Positions 12,606 through 24,512 of a DNA stretch of 64,000 nucleotides are shown one piece after another. Every line of letters begins with the position of its first letter. Within the stretch, counting starts at the first letter, position 1. The DNA is from Mytilus californianus (taxonomy: Eukaryota). The position numbers and the translations under genes are program-made. The notes below the pieces were generated by a model that did no database searches, was not told where the DNA came from, and saw only the letters and a list, made by a program, of their open reading frames with translations. Location of the stretch: assembly GCF_021869535.1 (NCBI RefSeq), contig NW_026262712.1:38812001-38876000 (forward strand), written 5' to 3'.

Positions 12606-14768
12606 TTGTATAAGGGAGAACGTGTGCACGATTACACGTATTTTTGATAATGCCAGATTTTCTTCAAGGTACCCTTATTTAAATCTAGAATCAATAGACA
12701 ACAACATATTTGTTTCAACTTGTTTGACTTTGCATGACGTATATTTTTTAAAAATATCTATAGTACTGTAATGTATATATAAAAAAAAACCTTATATATG
12801 TTTAAAATGTTTAAATGGAAACTGAGTTGCATCATAGACACTAAACAGACACTAATTATCGAAATGCGTTTCGCTTCATTTATAGTAAAATAAGAACTGT
12901 AATTGTAAATATTAAAAACCTACTCATTGAAACATCTCCTATTCGTACATTCATGAAAGTATATAGTTATTAACTAATCACAACGTTTTCTCTGACTTTT
13001 AAAGTACTTCCACAACGATACTTTAAATTTTGAATAATTGTTTAAAATAGTGAATCAAACTTTTATTTATTCCTTTTTATCATTACAGTGTTCACAAAAG
13101 AGGGATTGTCTTCTATATTGATCAGATATCAATTTTATTTGTATTGTACATGTTTTATAAAACAAACTTCCCACTAACTTTTGTTCGAATAAGAAAATGC
13201 ATAGTGAGAGTCGTCGTAGCTTTTTGTGAAAGATGCACATATATTAAATACACGTATACAAGTTCTCTTTTGTGTCAATAACCATACATTTAAAGGTACA
13301 GTAAAGATACGCATAATTAACAACGAGTGCAAAATGACAAGATTGAAACATATCATAGGTGGAATTTACCTAAGAAGTAGAATTTTATTTAAATATTAAA
13401 ATCAAATTCCAGTTAAATTAAAAATAAATGTACTTCTATTACTCATGAAATTTCCCCTGTTTAGAAAATATTTAAATTAATATAAGTATACAAGTTTCTG
13501 GTACAAGATATAAAGTAAAAAGTTTAATTTGTAGTTGACTGATGACATACTCAACAAATACAGGATGCCTGTAGTGGTTTTGACAAGTGGTAGCAATATA
13601 AAAGTCATATATATATATATATTTGATGAAAACATGTATACAGCTAAAATTATTTACTCCGCTTAGATAACAATTTGTTAAGAACAATTCAGAGTGTTAA
13701 AAATATGCTGAGACAAAATCAGAATGTTAGTAATCAGATCCGATAATTCGGAATGTCAAGAATCTATTGCGAAAACGTCAGATATTATTCATAGTTTTCA
13801 GAAAATTAAAACTAAATTCATACAAATTCAAACAAACTTTGGTTATTTCGAATCTCATGCCTTCGGAAGTGTCCGGAGGGATAACACATATATTTTTCTA
13901 CCTGCAAAAGAAACGTTTAGAATTGAATTACTATATAATGATTGTTGTTTGGTAGTTTTTCTTGTGTATTCTATTGTAGTTGTTGTCAGGAATATTGTGC
14001 ATAAAATAATTTAGGTTACCCTAACGGTTTTCTGAAAAAAGTTTCGTTTTTCACTGATTTTTTACATTTCTTGGTGTCAGTCAAAATGAAATATCAAACA
14101 TACCTAACTGTGTCTGTGGTATTTTAAAGTGCAAGGAATATACCAGGTCATCATGATGATCACCAAACGAAGAATTGTTCAGGCAGTGATCTTAATATAG
14201 CAGAACCTTTAAAGGTTACCTTGTTAAAGTGTAATGTTTGCTTCGTTTTGCTTTCGTATGTACAATGTCTCTCAAACGAATTAATCTGGTGTTGAGAAGA
14301 GTAGCACGGTTGTTTCCAATAGACGTGGCTAATTTGTTTTGAATAAACGTCCACTACTTAGTATCACTTAAGTTGTGAATCAAGATATCAAGCATAGTGA
14401 AGTTCGATTTGTCTTCCGAAAACAAGAATAACGAATAAAATGTTTAGATTAAAAAAAACATACTCCAGTGGTAAAGTTGTAGATATAAAATGGTATATGC
14501 TATCGAACAACATGAACAAGGAAATATTATTCACATATCTCACATATAAAGTAGTTTTATTGCAATCCCGAGGCTCAATTCAATTTCTTAATGAGTAGAT
14601 AAATCAAATTGATACACTTTTTATCTTTTTACTGGTTAATTAGCATATAAAATGATAACCTGCACTAGTATTTGGATGCAAAACACTTTACTCTTTTTAG
14701 ATAAGCAGCAATAACGACTGTGATTAAAAATATAACGAAGAAAGCAACATTGAATTTAAACTTCACCA

Positions 14769-15452
14769 ATGACATCTGTACAGGAAAGAAAATATCTACG
14801 TCTTATAAAGTTATCGTATGACTTATCGCTTAATGTTACTCGAGCATTTATAAAATCGAGTATTCTTTGTAATTATGACAATTATTTGTCTAATTTCCTA
14901 ACAACAAATAAGCATACAATATATCATTTATGGATACATTCTACTAGGTGTTGTGAATGCAACGCTTTACCACAGAGATCTAATAGGGAGCTAAATCAAG
15001 AACAAATCAGTAAATGCTATAATTTGAATGGACCAACAACGTCTGGCCACTTTTTACGTGGTCAGAGTAATATAAAACAACACTGCATTTGTAAGGTAAC
15101 ACCCAAGTCACATTGTTCGCTGAAGGACCTTGATTTTACTCTTCTTCATACTATGTTTAGACATTCTGTTACACTTTCGACAAGTGTTCAAAACTGGCTT
15201 ACGGTCATAAAAAAAATACGAAATAAGCTGGCACATGTGCACAGTACGAGCAATTTCGACACTGGAAGATTAGAAAAATGGTGGACAAAATTAGAAGGGT
15301 CTGTGATAGGTTTAGCAGGAGAAATACCACTTGAGTACTATCTGGATGCAATCCAAGGACAAATAAGCCTTCTGAAGAATGCCGATTTTGATATTATGGA
15401 GAAAAATGAAATTTTAGACTTGATAAAGCATGTTAAGTCAGATATGGCAACG
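14769..15452 (+). CDS. First coding exon of a HEPN-domain protein (DZIP3/hRUL138-like HEPN with a Cys/His-rich insert), running into a coiled coil
   Basis: 228 open codons. DLDFTLL...IKKIRNKLAH gives the HEPN R-N-x3-H motif at 15219-15236. Acceptor (ctctttttag) at 14700; in-frame TAA upstream of the ATG; phase-0 donor ACG|GTAAGT at 15453. The ORF-track tail beyond 15452 is intronic. Confidence 0.8.
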
Positions 15453-16189
15453 GTAAGTAATTTTACTTGTTTTGAAACGCTTGTCCCTCACAATAATTAT
15501 AATGTAATTATTTTTCAAGGTTTAATCGGTTAAATTTAAGATGCTTTTTGATATTAAGGAGTAATTTTGTGCTCTTTTTACGTTCATTTTTTCTGTATTT
15601 TGGGTTGTTCTCCAAACACAATATTATCATTTTTAATGGGTTTAAATTTCATCAAAATGAAATTTTTTTTTGAAAAAAGAAAATTAAAGTATTCTTGTTA
15701 TTGTATTCATTTAAATAGATCATTTATTGTAGTTTTGTTTAGTCGCTGTTAGTCTTGCTTTTATATCTGATTTTTGATTGTCGTATTTTTATTCAGAATA
15801 GAATATTGCTCGAAAAAATATCCTTAACCTTAGTATGTGAATATTTTCTTTCGCATTTTATTTTCACCATGAGTGTTATGATTTGAATACAATTAATATT
15901 ATATAAGTAATGATCAAAGATCTATATATAAATAAAAACAAAAACACACGAATGATGTAAAGTTGTTTTATATCGCGTTAATAATTTAATCGCAAAAATA
16001 AGAAAAAAACCTTGCAAAGGTTTTACACTCTACAGTATCTGCTTATTTTTTTGAGTAAGAATCACTCATAACCCAATTCTGAAAATGTTTACATTTCTAA
16101 AATAACCCCCTCTGGGTATACAAGATACAATTTTGCCTGAATTAATCGCAACCTAAGACTACTAACGACAACATTATTAATGATATGAT

Positions 16190-17925
16190 ATGTACTTGAT
16201 AAATTGTATGCATATATTGGTGATTTTGAATCTGTTCAAAGTTTTGATTTTTCTACCCTATATACCACTTTGCCTCATATTCTTATTAGGAAAAAATTCA
16301 CACACCTAATTAAATGGGCATTTAAAAAGTCGGAATGCGAATACATATGTTCAAACTCTTTTAGATCATTTTTTAGTTGCAACAAACAAACGAACTATGT
16401 CAATTGGACATGCTTTGATACTATATCTGCCCTTGAATTTTTACCTGAAAACATTTTGTTCGCTTTGGAGATTTCGTATATCGTCAAGTTATCGGAATTC
16501 CAATGGGGACTAACTGTGCACCACTTATTGCGGACCTGTTTTTGTATTGTTATGAGTTACAATTTTTTTCTAAAATCAGCAAAGACCCATCGAAACAACA
16601 TCTGATACAAACATTTAACAATACTTTTAGATAGTTGGATGATATATTGGCTCTCAATAATGACGATTTCAGTATGTATACTACAGAAATTTATCCTATT
16701 GAACTTTCTTTAAATAAAGCCAATACTAACAATGACCACTGTCCTTTCCTCGATCTTGATATCTATATCATTAACGGGAAGATTAATACAAAAATTTATG
16801 ATAAAAGAGATGATTTTTTATTTCCTATCGTTAATTATCCATTTTTAGACGGTGACGTTCCCTTGTCACCATTTTATGGTGTTTATATATCTCAACTTGT
16901 ACGATTCGCTCGTGTATGTAACAACGTATTAGATTTTAGCGAGAGAAATTTATGTATTACTGATAAATTTTTACACCAGGGTTTTCGATATCATAAACTA
17001 TTCAAAACATTTACTAAATTTTATCATCGGTATAAGGACATCATTCGTAAATATAACTCAACATGCAGACATCTTATACGTTCGGGTATTTCACATCCAA
17101 TCTTTTATGGTAATATTCTTTACAAAGCACAAAAATGTCAGTATTCACCTCAAAAGCTAATAAAATCTTTAAACAGACTTATTAAGAAGGGATATAATTA
17201 CGATGCTGTTGTCAGGTCATTAAAGATTGGATATTTTGGCTTTAATATTGATTCACTTATAGTGTCTTTGCATCGGAATTAAACACATTTATTCTAAAAC
17301 CAGTTGTTGGCATGACACGGGTTATGTTCTTCTTTTATATTTTATGATGGTATAATACTAAACCCCTAACAGGAGGGATTGTGCCTGATATTCATATGAT
17401 GAAGACATACTCTTTCAATCAATTTAATTGAGGTCTGGAGCTGGCATGTCAGTAACTGCTAGTAGTTTGTTGTTATTTATGTTTTATTGTCATTTTGTTT
17501 ATTACTTTTGTTTCCCATTCTGACATCGGACTCGGACTTCTCTTAAACTGAGTTTTACTGTGCGTACTGTTGTGCGTTTGTTTTGTCTACATTGGCTAGA
17601 GGTATTGGGGAAGGGTTGAGATCTCAAAAAAACATGTTTAACCCCGCCGCATTTTAGCACCTGTCCCAAGTCAGGAGCCTCTGGCCTTTGTTAGTCTTGT
17701 ATCATTTTTAATTTTAGTTTCTTGTGTATAATTTGGAGTTTAGTATGACGTCCATTATCACTGAACTAGTATACATATTTGTTTATGGGCCAGCTGAAGG
17801 ACGTCTCCGGGTGCGGGAGTTTCTCGCTGCATTGAAGACCCATTGTTGGCCTTCGGCTGTTGTCTGTTCTATGGTCGGGTTGTTGTCTCTTTGACACATT
17901 CCCCATTTCTATTCTCAATTGTATT
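16190..17925 (+). mobile_element. 5'-truncated Penelope-like retroelement (lineage 1) with decayed RT and ~640 bp 3' tail, in intron 1 of the HEPN gene
   Basis: SFDFSTLYTTLPH; a -1 frameshift near 16455; GIPMGTNCAPLIADLFLYCYE; catalytic YLDD mutated to TAG-LDD (16632-34); FLDL...KIYDKRDDF...YGVYISQL thumb. The ORF ends after the thumb with no C-terminal GIY-YIG, compatible with N-terminal-EN (Naiad-type) PLEs (inference). Confidence 0.8.
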
Positions 17926-18231
17926 TAAATTGAAGGATTTTTGTGCACTTATGTAAACAAAATATTCTAAACCACAAATTTATAGCAAAACAAGGAGCTC
18001 GGTTAATAAGATTTGAATGGATGACATGGCATTGCTAGCAGTTCATCGATTAGTTATATAATTATTTAGAAAAATTAATAGCTCTATGTTTTCCATTTAT
18101 TTTATCATGTTTATTATATTACACAATGTATTAATAGTACTTACTGTATTCCTTAATCTAATTAAATCTTATTGAAACTTTTCTTTTGTCTTCTTTTTTT
18201 TTTTAATTTTTTTTCCATGTACTTTTTTTAG

Positions 18232-18523
18232 ATTGAGACAAAAATAGACGACATTCTACGAGGTCAAACTGAACTTGTAGATCAAATGGCAGAAATTGTT
18301 GATGAGGCAAAGCGCGACATTGTGTGTAAACAGAGGACAGAGTCAGTTTTGTTACAAGACAAAATCTTGGATGTATACGTAAGTTCTTGTGCAGACACAA
18401 AACTTCAAATTAGTTCGTTAGAAGGACTACAAAGATCACAAATTGAGAAAATTAAACAATTTCAAGAGGAAACCTCGGAAAATCTTAAGAAAGCAATGCT
18501 TGACGCAGTGGACAAAAGAATAG
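18232..18523 (+). CDS. Exon 2 of the HEPN gene (coiled-coil-like, IETKIDDILRGQ...DAVDKRI)
   Basis: Long polypyrimidine tract + AG at 18230-31; open in phase 0, matching the exon-1 donor; donor G|GTAATA at 18524 (phase 1). Confidence 0.65.
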
Positions 18524-18744
18524 GTAATATCCTTAATATATGCTTTATCATGTATATAGTGTCTAAACTACTGTCAAGTAAACAACAAATCAAATGTTTT
18601 TTTAAAATTAATATGCGTTTGTTCAGAGAAAATATAAAGATCTTTCCACCTTCCATTCCTCAAACATTTCCCGTTCTTTTTTCGTCGATCGTGACATTAT
18701 CTAATACGACGTATAACTGTTTGTGCTCTTGCAATGAGTAACAC

Positions 18745-18930
18745 GGCTGGTGCCTTGAGAAAGCCAGAAGTGAAAACCCTTCCGGAGGACCAGACCTCAG
18801 TCTCGATTTTTTGCAGGATTTATGTTATTCAGTTTTTGGTCGTTGTGTAGAGATTTTAGTATTGTTGTATGTCTTTTTGTCGTTTTGACAGGGGTGTTGT
18901 CCTTTCTATTGTTTGTTGCCCCTTTAAAGA
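18745..18930 (+). repeat. Degraded lineage-2 3' tail (other short remnants at ~400-480, 9700-9845, 10200-10310, 38240-38390, 39215-39410, 57370-57465)
   Basis: acacggctggtgcc...acccttccggag matches acacgacgggtgcc...acccttgcggagcacc of the 23690 element. Confidence 0.55.
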
Positions 18931-20196
18931 TTAAATCGCTCTCTCTTTTCAGTTATAGTTTGCAAAAAGTTCTGGTTGGACACGTGTCAATTGAGATACA
19001 CTGAAGATCTTACCAAATATATCGTTCAAATTATATAAACAATCATCAAGAACAACTTTTCAGTTTAAAAACCATCTTCATTGTCAGAAGATTCATTATT
19101 TCACATTGACTCCCCAACTGTCTGTACTACTTGTATTCGACGGGTAGCTAGTTTCTTCTGGTTCACTAAAATCCACCTCCGTGGTCGACGGGTATATAAC
19201 TGTACACTGATTCAAAAGACATTTTCCATGTTCTTTTAATCTTTTTTATCACTTCACGTACACATTGATGTAGTTATATTGATTACTTTTTTCTACATTG
19301 TTAGCTACATCCTCATGATGGTTAAACACTTTTTTACAGAAATAGATCTTGTGTTGTCATACAAGAGTTATATTCCTTTTTTTCCATTTGAAGTAAATGG
19401 TATGTCAGTAAACCTACGCATAAACCGTACATCTAGAGACCTAAAGTCTAGAGTAAGGATATCCTTGGTTTATAATGGTATAAGCAGAACATTACGATGA
19501 AGATATATATCCTGAAATTGGCATTGTATACTGTTCCTTAGGAATCGTCACAATTAAAACATACAGTTTGTTGTCAAATTGTTTGTTACGACATTATCGT
19601 ACTTCAATACATTATGGGTGAAGTGGTGAAGTGACTTTTTATTGAAGTTTTCAGAAAATCCAGACAAACAGTAGATATTTTCATTATGATAGTTAAATAT
19701 TTACTCTAATTCATTTTAATTTACAAAATAGGATATGTTATTCATCTCATAAACATAAAGAACAAGACACCAGCAACCATTTATATTTGAAGGTGATTTT
19801 TTGTTGAAAATAAGAAATATAAAAATAAAATTCTGCTTCTGCAGTATGTTACATGTAACATTTGAAATATGTGTTCATACAAAAAGGATAAGGATGTTAA
19901 AACCTCAGGTTTCAATAATGAGCAAAACTCATACAGAAAAGTCAGCTATAAGAGGCTTCAAAGAGATAAAATTTACAACAAAAGGGTGGTAAAGCACACA
20001 TAGGACAATTTTGTTGAAAAGGACTTGATTCATTACATCGGTGCTAAGCACAACTGAACAACAAATGAATTCTTTAAATACACGATGTATCAGATTGTTC
20101 AATTTAATTGGAAAAAAATACAATCTGCAATTTAAACTTAAAATGGATAGTTGTTTACCCATGGTTGTTCAGTGTTGAAGAAATACACTACGCATA

Positions 20197-20388
20197 CTGT
20201 GTATTCATTAGTATTTGCGGTATACATGGTATATCCGTTTTCTTGAATTTATTTGGTATAGGTAAACCACGAATTTAAATGTTCAACGAATTACACATTT
20301 TCTATAAGTTTGTGTGCAAACGTTTGCAAAATCACGAATTCAAGTAACCACGAAAATTGGTACCTACAAAAAAAAAATGTTTCTACAG
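20197..20388. mobile_element. Second, more degraded copy of the TA-MITE family
   Basis: TA|CTGTGTATTCATT ... CTACAG|TA; internal ggtaaaccacgaatttaaatgttcaacgaat shared with 57609-57816. Confidence 0.75.
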
Positions 20389-20562
20389 TATTTAGAAATA
20401 TTTACACGTATAGTGACAGCTTTACAGATTTTGTTGTTTTTTATGTGTTGTTACTCATCTTTTGTTTTGTTTTTTTGTTGTTTTGATTTAGGAGGTCGGA
20501 CAAATGGCTACATTGAAGAACGAATAATGCATTATTAAACAATACGTTTTTCTTTATTTTAG

Positions 20563-20688
20563 AAAAAATCATTAAACGAGTTGGAAACTTGATATTCTTG
20601 ATAGCTTGTTATAAAGTCGACAATAACGCATTTACTGAAACAGACCAGCATAGTAAATCAAAGGAAGCATTACCAATACATTCACCAG
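20563..20688 (+). CDS. Candidate phase 1-1 exon of the HEPN gene (EKIIKRVGNLIFLIACYKVDNNAFTETDQHSKSKEALPIHSP)
   Basis: tttctttattttag acceptor; 126 nt open in phase 1; donor CAG|GTTCAA is weak. Confidence 0.35.
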
Positions 20689-21661
20689 GTTCAATATGTT
20701 TGTTGTTGTTGACATTTCTGCTAAAGTAATAAAAAAATGCATTTAACTATACATGATTTCAGAACAAACGAATTATCCTGATACACATTATTGCTAGTTT
20801 AATCATTATTAATAGTATGTGTTTTGAAATTGATATTAACGAACTTAAAACAATTATTATCATTTAGAAACCTTTCACCATTAATTTGTGTATGAAATAA
20901 ATATTTTTCTTTAATAACGTATTTAATAACTCGAATTGTCTATATAAATGTCGTACAGGAACGTTCTTAAAGTAGGCAATCTTAATTATATAGTCCAAGG
21001 CATCCCACTATAAGTGTTATAAAAACACAATGTACATATACAGAGAAATTGCAACACAGGAAGAACGTTGATTTTCTCTCGTTTATTCGATTCCTTACGG
21101 TATACGAACATGTTTCTATTTGATATTATATCGGATTTGAACCGTCATGAAAATAGTCTAATTCCGATGAATTGGTCAAACCTTCTGGTAATATGAACAC
21201 CCCTCGACCTGTTGAAAATGTGTTCAATTTGGAAAGGTTTTGCATTTCTGACTGTATTGTATTATAACAAAATAAATTGAAGTTGTATTGCCTGTTATAA
21301 GAAAATATATAAGACACCGAAAAATCAAAACATGCAAAACTATAGGAAATTGATGATTTGAATCTAGTTATGTATAGTCGAAGGGGTCACATATGTTTTA
21401 TCTAGCAGTATACTCCGTCCAGGTGTGTCTTACATTGCAAGGATCGGAGAAAGTAATGATTTTGATAAGTGCGGAGGAGATATTTCTTAGATTGATTTAA
21501 TACACTATTTAGGAACAATGAGAGAAAACGCTATACGCTCTTCACATAAGCGACATATCTTCTCACAATATAACTTCCACTTTGTTCTTTTATGTTTATC
21601 ATTAAGAGTATATATTTTATGAGTAGCTGTCAAATGTTAAACCCGTTATTTGTTAAAACAG

Positions 21662-21763
21662 AAACAAAAGAAACCCAGTCTGAAGCAGCTTCAACAAACA
21701 CAGGAGCTGCGATGAATATAGAAAATACCAAATGCTGTCTCTCTGGAATAGAACACAAAAATG
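21662..21763 (+). CDS. Candidate phase 1-1 exon of the HEPN gene (ETKETQSEAAST...IEHKN)
   Basis: acag acceptor at 21660-61; 102 nt open in phase 1; donor G|GTATTG at 21764. Confidence 0.5.
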
Positions 21764-22303
21764 GTATTGTATTGTGCATTTATACTCTTTATCAATACAT
21801 CTTGACAGCCTACCATATTATGCGTCAAAATCAATTATAATACACTATGATGGTTGCAAAATGAAAGTCCGTTGAACTGTAACAAAACTTAAAAATGCCA
21901 CTAAAAAGAAACCTTGGGATTACAATTCTTTCATCTGAAACACAATAAGTTAAATGTGTAGCTAATTCTACCACGTAAACTAAGCATCAATAACATGGCT
22001 AAGTGTGTACTATATCACTAAAATGACATATCACAAAAAAATTAACCGTACAAGTCTATTAAGGAAACACATTAATATAAAAAGAAAAACCTAAATATTC
22101 CAAATGGAAATTTTATATTATGCAGCAGTGCCATATTGAAATTTGAAATCGTTTAATACGATTGTTCTTTCTTCCGAAATCGTTGTTTGATTTTCTAAAT
22201 AACGTTTCATTTATCTGAAAGCAAAAATTTATATTGAGTTATGGAATGCAATTCATATAAATATATGGTAAAAAGAAAATCTTGCATTAACTAATCGTTG
22301 TAG

Positions 22304-22583
22304 TTTGCAAGGTTGAGTGGAAAATTGTTACTCCAGGAAACTGGGATGCGGAAAGGATTGCACGTGCATTAAATAAAGTTGCCGCCTTGTTGGAAGAGGT
22401 TTTTCAGATTGAATTCGTTATGTTAGGATCGTTGATTATCAAAACTAGTGTTCCTTTAAAAAATAATACAGAGCACGGAATTATTAGCTGAAGCAGTAGA
22501 GTCTTTTCTGAAAAATATATTGGAGAAATGCAGTATTGATACGAAAGAATGTAATGCTATTCCAGTATTTTTAACTTGTAGTG
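22304..22583 (+). pseudogene. Exon of the HEPN gene with a +1 frameshift in an A6 run (VCKVEWKIVTPGNWDAERIARALNKVAALLEEVFQIEFVMLGSLIIKTSVPL / KIIQSTELLAEAVESFLKNILEKCSIDTKECN)
   Basis: Branch-like ctaat + tag acceptor; G|GTAAGA donor at 22584. Length is 280 nt; removing one A at 22458-22463 gives 279 nt, a continuous protein-like frame and phase 1-1. Confidence 0.6.
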
Positions 22584-22708
22584 GTAAGATTATTTTACCT
22601 ATTCTTCTCAAGCATGGTCCAGGTGTGGCTTTCTATTTTTGTCCCTTTTGGTTTTACCAACTCTTTAACGTTTGTTTTTGACTTAAGATTTTCCAGTATT
22701 AATTTCAA

Positions 22709-22752
22709 GCATCTCTGAAGAGACATTAATTGTCCAAATGAGCATCTGGTGC
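22709..22752 (+). ncRNA. Inactivated hammerhead motif of a second family
   Basis: GCAUCU-CUGAAGA-GAC AUUAAUU GUC-CAAA (GAAA mutated)-UGAGCA-UC/UGGUGC. Confidence 0.5.
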
Positions 22753-22962
22753 GGTCAAATAGGTACCGTTAGTGTTATAGGTCAAATAATGCATTTTGTA
22801 ATTTTTTTTAAATGTTACGAAAATTTTGATTCCATTTTTTCAATTAACTTGACTAATGTATCTATTACGAAAAAAAAAGCCAAAGAAATAAACATTTGAA
22901 ACGGTCAGTGAATATTTAATAACTTTTATTCGTTTCATAATCCTTTTCTATTCTCTTGTTAG

Positions 22963-23097
22963 TGAGCGGTGATACACCAATAAGCGTAGCAACACAGACA
23001 GATAAATGTGAAAATTGCTTAAAGCTGAAAACAGATAACAATGTGCTGACGGAACTGGTGGATGATTGGTATAAAACAATAACTGAAATTTCTGGAG
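22963..23097 (+). CDS. Phase 1-1 exon of the HEPN gene (VSGDTPISVATQTDKCENCLKLK...ITEISG)
   Basis: ttctattctcttgttag acceptor; 135 nt open in phase 1; donor G|GTACTT at 23098. Confidence 0.6.
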
Positions 23098-23689
23098 GTA
23101 CTTACTAGTAGTTATACATTAGTTTAATAGCATTTCTTTGAATCAAATGTATGTTTTACCCTGAGGATAAGCAAACGGAATTATCGTCAAATGACTTAAG
23201 TAATGTTCAGACATTTTCATCAAAATACCCTACTATCTGAAACTCTGAAATGCATTTGGCGGGAACAGTAGCGTGCTGTATAACACTTTCGTGATCATAA
23301 TTTGATGTTATTGTAATTATCCTAATAATAATGGTAAAGTTCCCATAAGGCCAGCTAGCATCGCCAAATCTTAATGCCAATATCTTTAGAATGACTAAAA
23401 AGGACCGCATCAATCATTTCAAGATTGAGAGTTGTTTTTTCTAAGAGTCAGAAGAGTTGGGTTTTAAGATGTTATCTTAATAATTGATTCAAGTAAATTG
23501 TCAAAATCCAATGATTCTAACAAATTTTGCCCAATCATATAAATAATTGTTTACTACTCAGATGAAAAAGAATCTTCTTCCCCCTACAGCAAGCACGTTC
23601 TCATTACATTCTGACAAATGTAGCCTAACGGGCTTAAACTGTGTGAAAACGGGGTAGGCGTAGTTTCATCTTTTAACGGTCTGTTTACA

Positions 23690-24512
23690 ATAGAGAGGCG
23701 AAAGTTACCAAAGGGACTTACAACGTCATGGCTAAAAAAGAAACAAACAACATACACAGACAAACAATAGTACACAACACACAACATAGAAAAATAAAGA
23801 CAGAGCAACACGAACCCAACAAAAACGGGGGGTGATCTCAGGTGCTCCGCAAGGGTAAGCAGATCCTGCTCCACAAGTGGCACCCGTCGTGTTGCTCATG
23901 TTAGTACAAACCCGGTAATAAGTCTAATTCGGTAGGTCACATTCGGAGAAAGGGAACGGGATTGTAGTTACGACATTAGGAACATATCCGCTATCATCAG
24001 TGAAACGGATATTCCAAAACGGTCAACCAACTCGTGATGGCGTCCGTAACATTTACGAAGGAATGATTTCAACTGCACCACTTGTAACTCTTGGTTTAAT
24101 AGCTTCATTAGGAGCAGCAACCCTCTATCAAGGAAATCATGATAGGAAATACAAGGGAGTATCGTATCAACTGGGAGATATATACTTCGTATGCAGGCGC
24201 TGCTGGAATGTTGCTACATAGAAATGGAAAGTTCACAATTGGGAAGCTGAAATCATCTCTTTTGTCGTAAAGTTTTGTTTTCAACCGACCCTCATTTTCA
24301 ATTTCTAGATGTAAGTCAAGATATGAGACAGACTTAACTGTATATGTTGTATCCTTTATCTCAAGTTCGATGGGACAGATGCGTCCAACATAGTCACCAA
24401 ATTGTGAATTATTTAGTGAGAGAACATCATCTATATAGCGGAAAGTAACCTTAAAGGATACTGCTAACTTCTTTTCTTTCCTACAAACTTCATGGACGAG
24501 TTTGATCAAGAA
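23690..24512 (-). mobile_element. 5'-truncated Penelope-like retroelement (lineage 2): RT C-terminal half plus 3' tail
   Basis: TFRYIDDVLSLNN...SYLDLHLEI...KLYDKRDDFSFPIVNFPFLCSNIPAAPAYEVYISQLIRYS, followed by the tail (acacgacgggtgccacttgtggagcaggatctgcttaccct...). Confidence 0.85.

Noticed and set aside
17385-17470. SECIS-like or hammerhead-like fold in the lineage-1 tail (AUGAUGA-AGAC...GUCU-GGAG-CUGGCAUGUCAG-UA)
   Set aside because: There is no proper GA quartet or apical AA, and no in-frame TGA run in the RT to suggest selenocysteine. As a hammerhead it lacks C3, GAAA and stem I in both copies.
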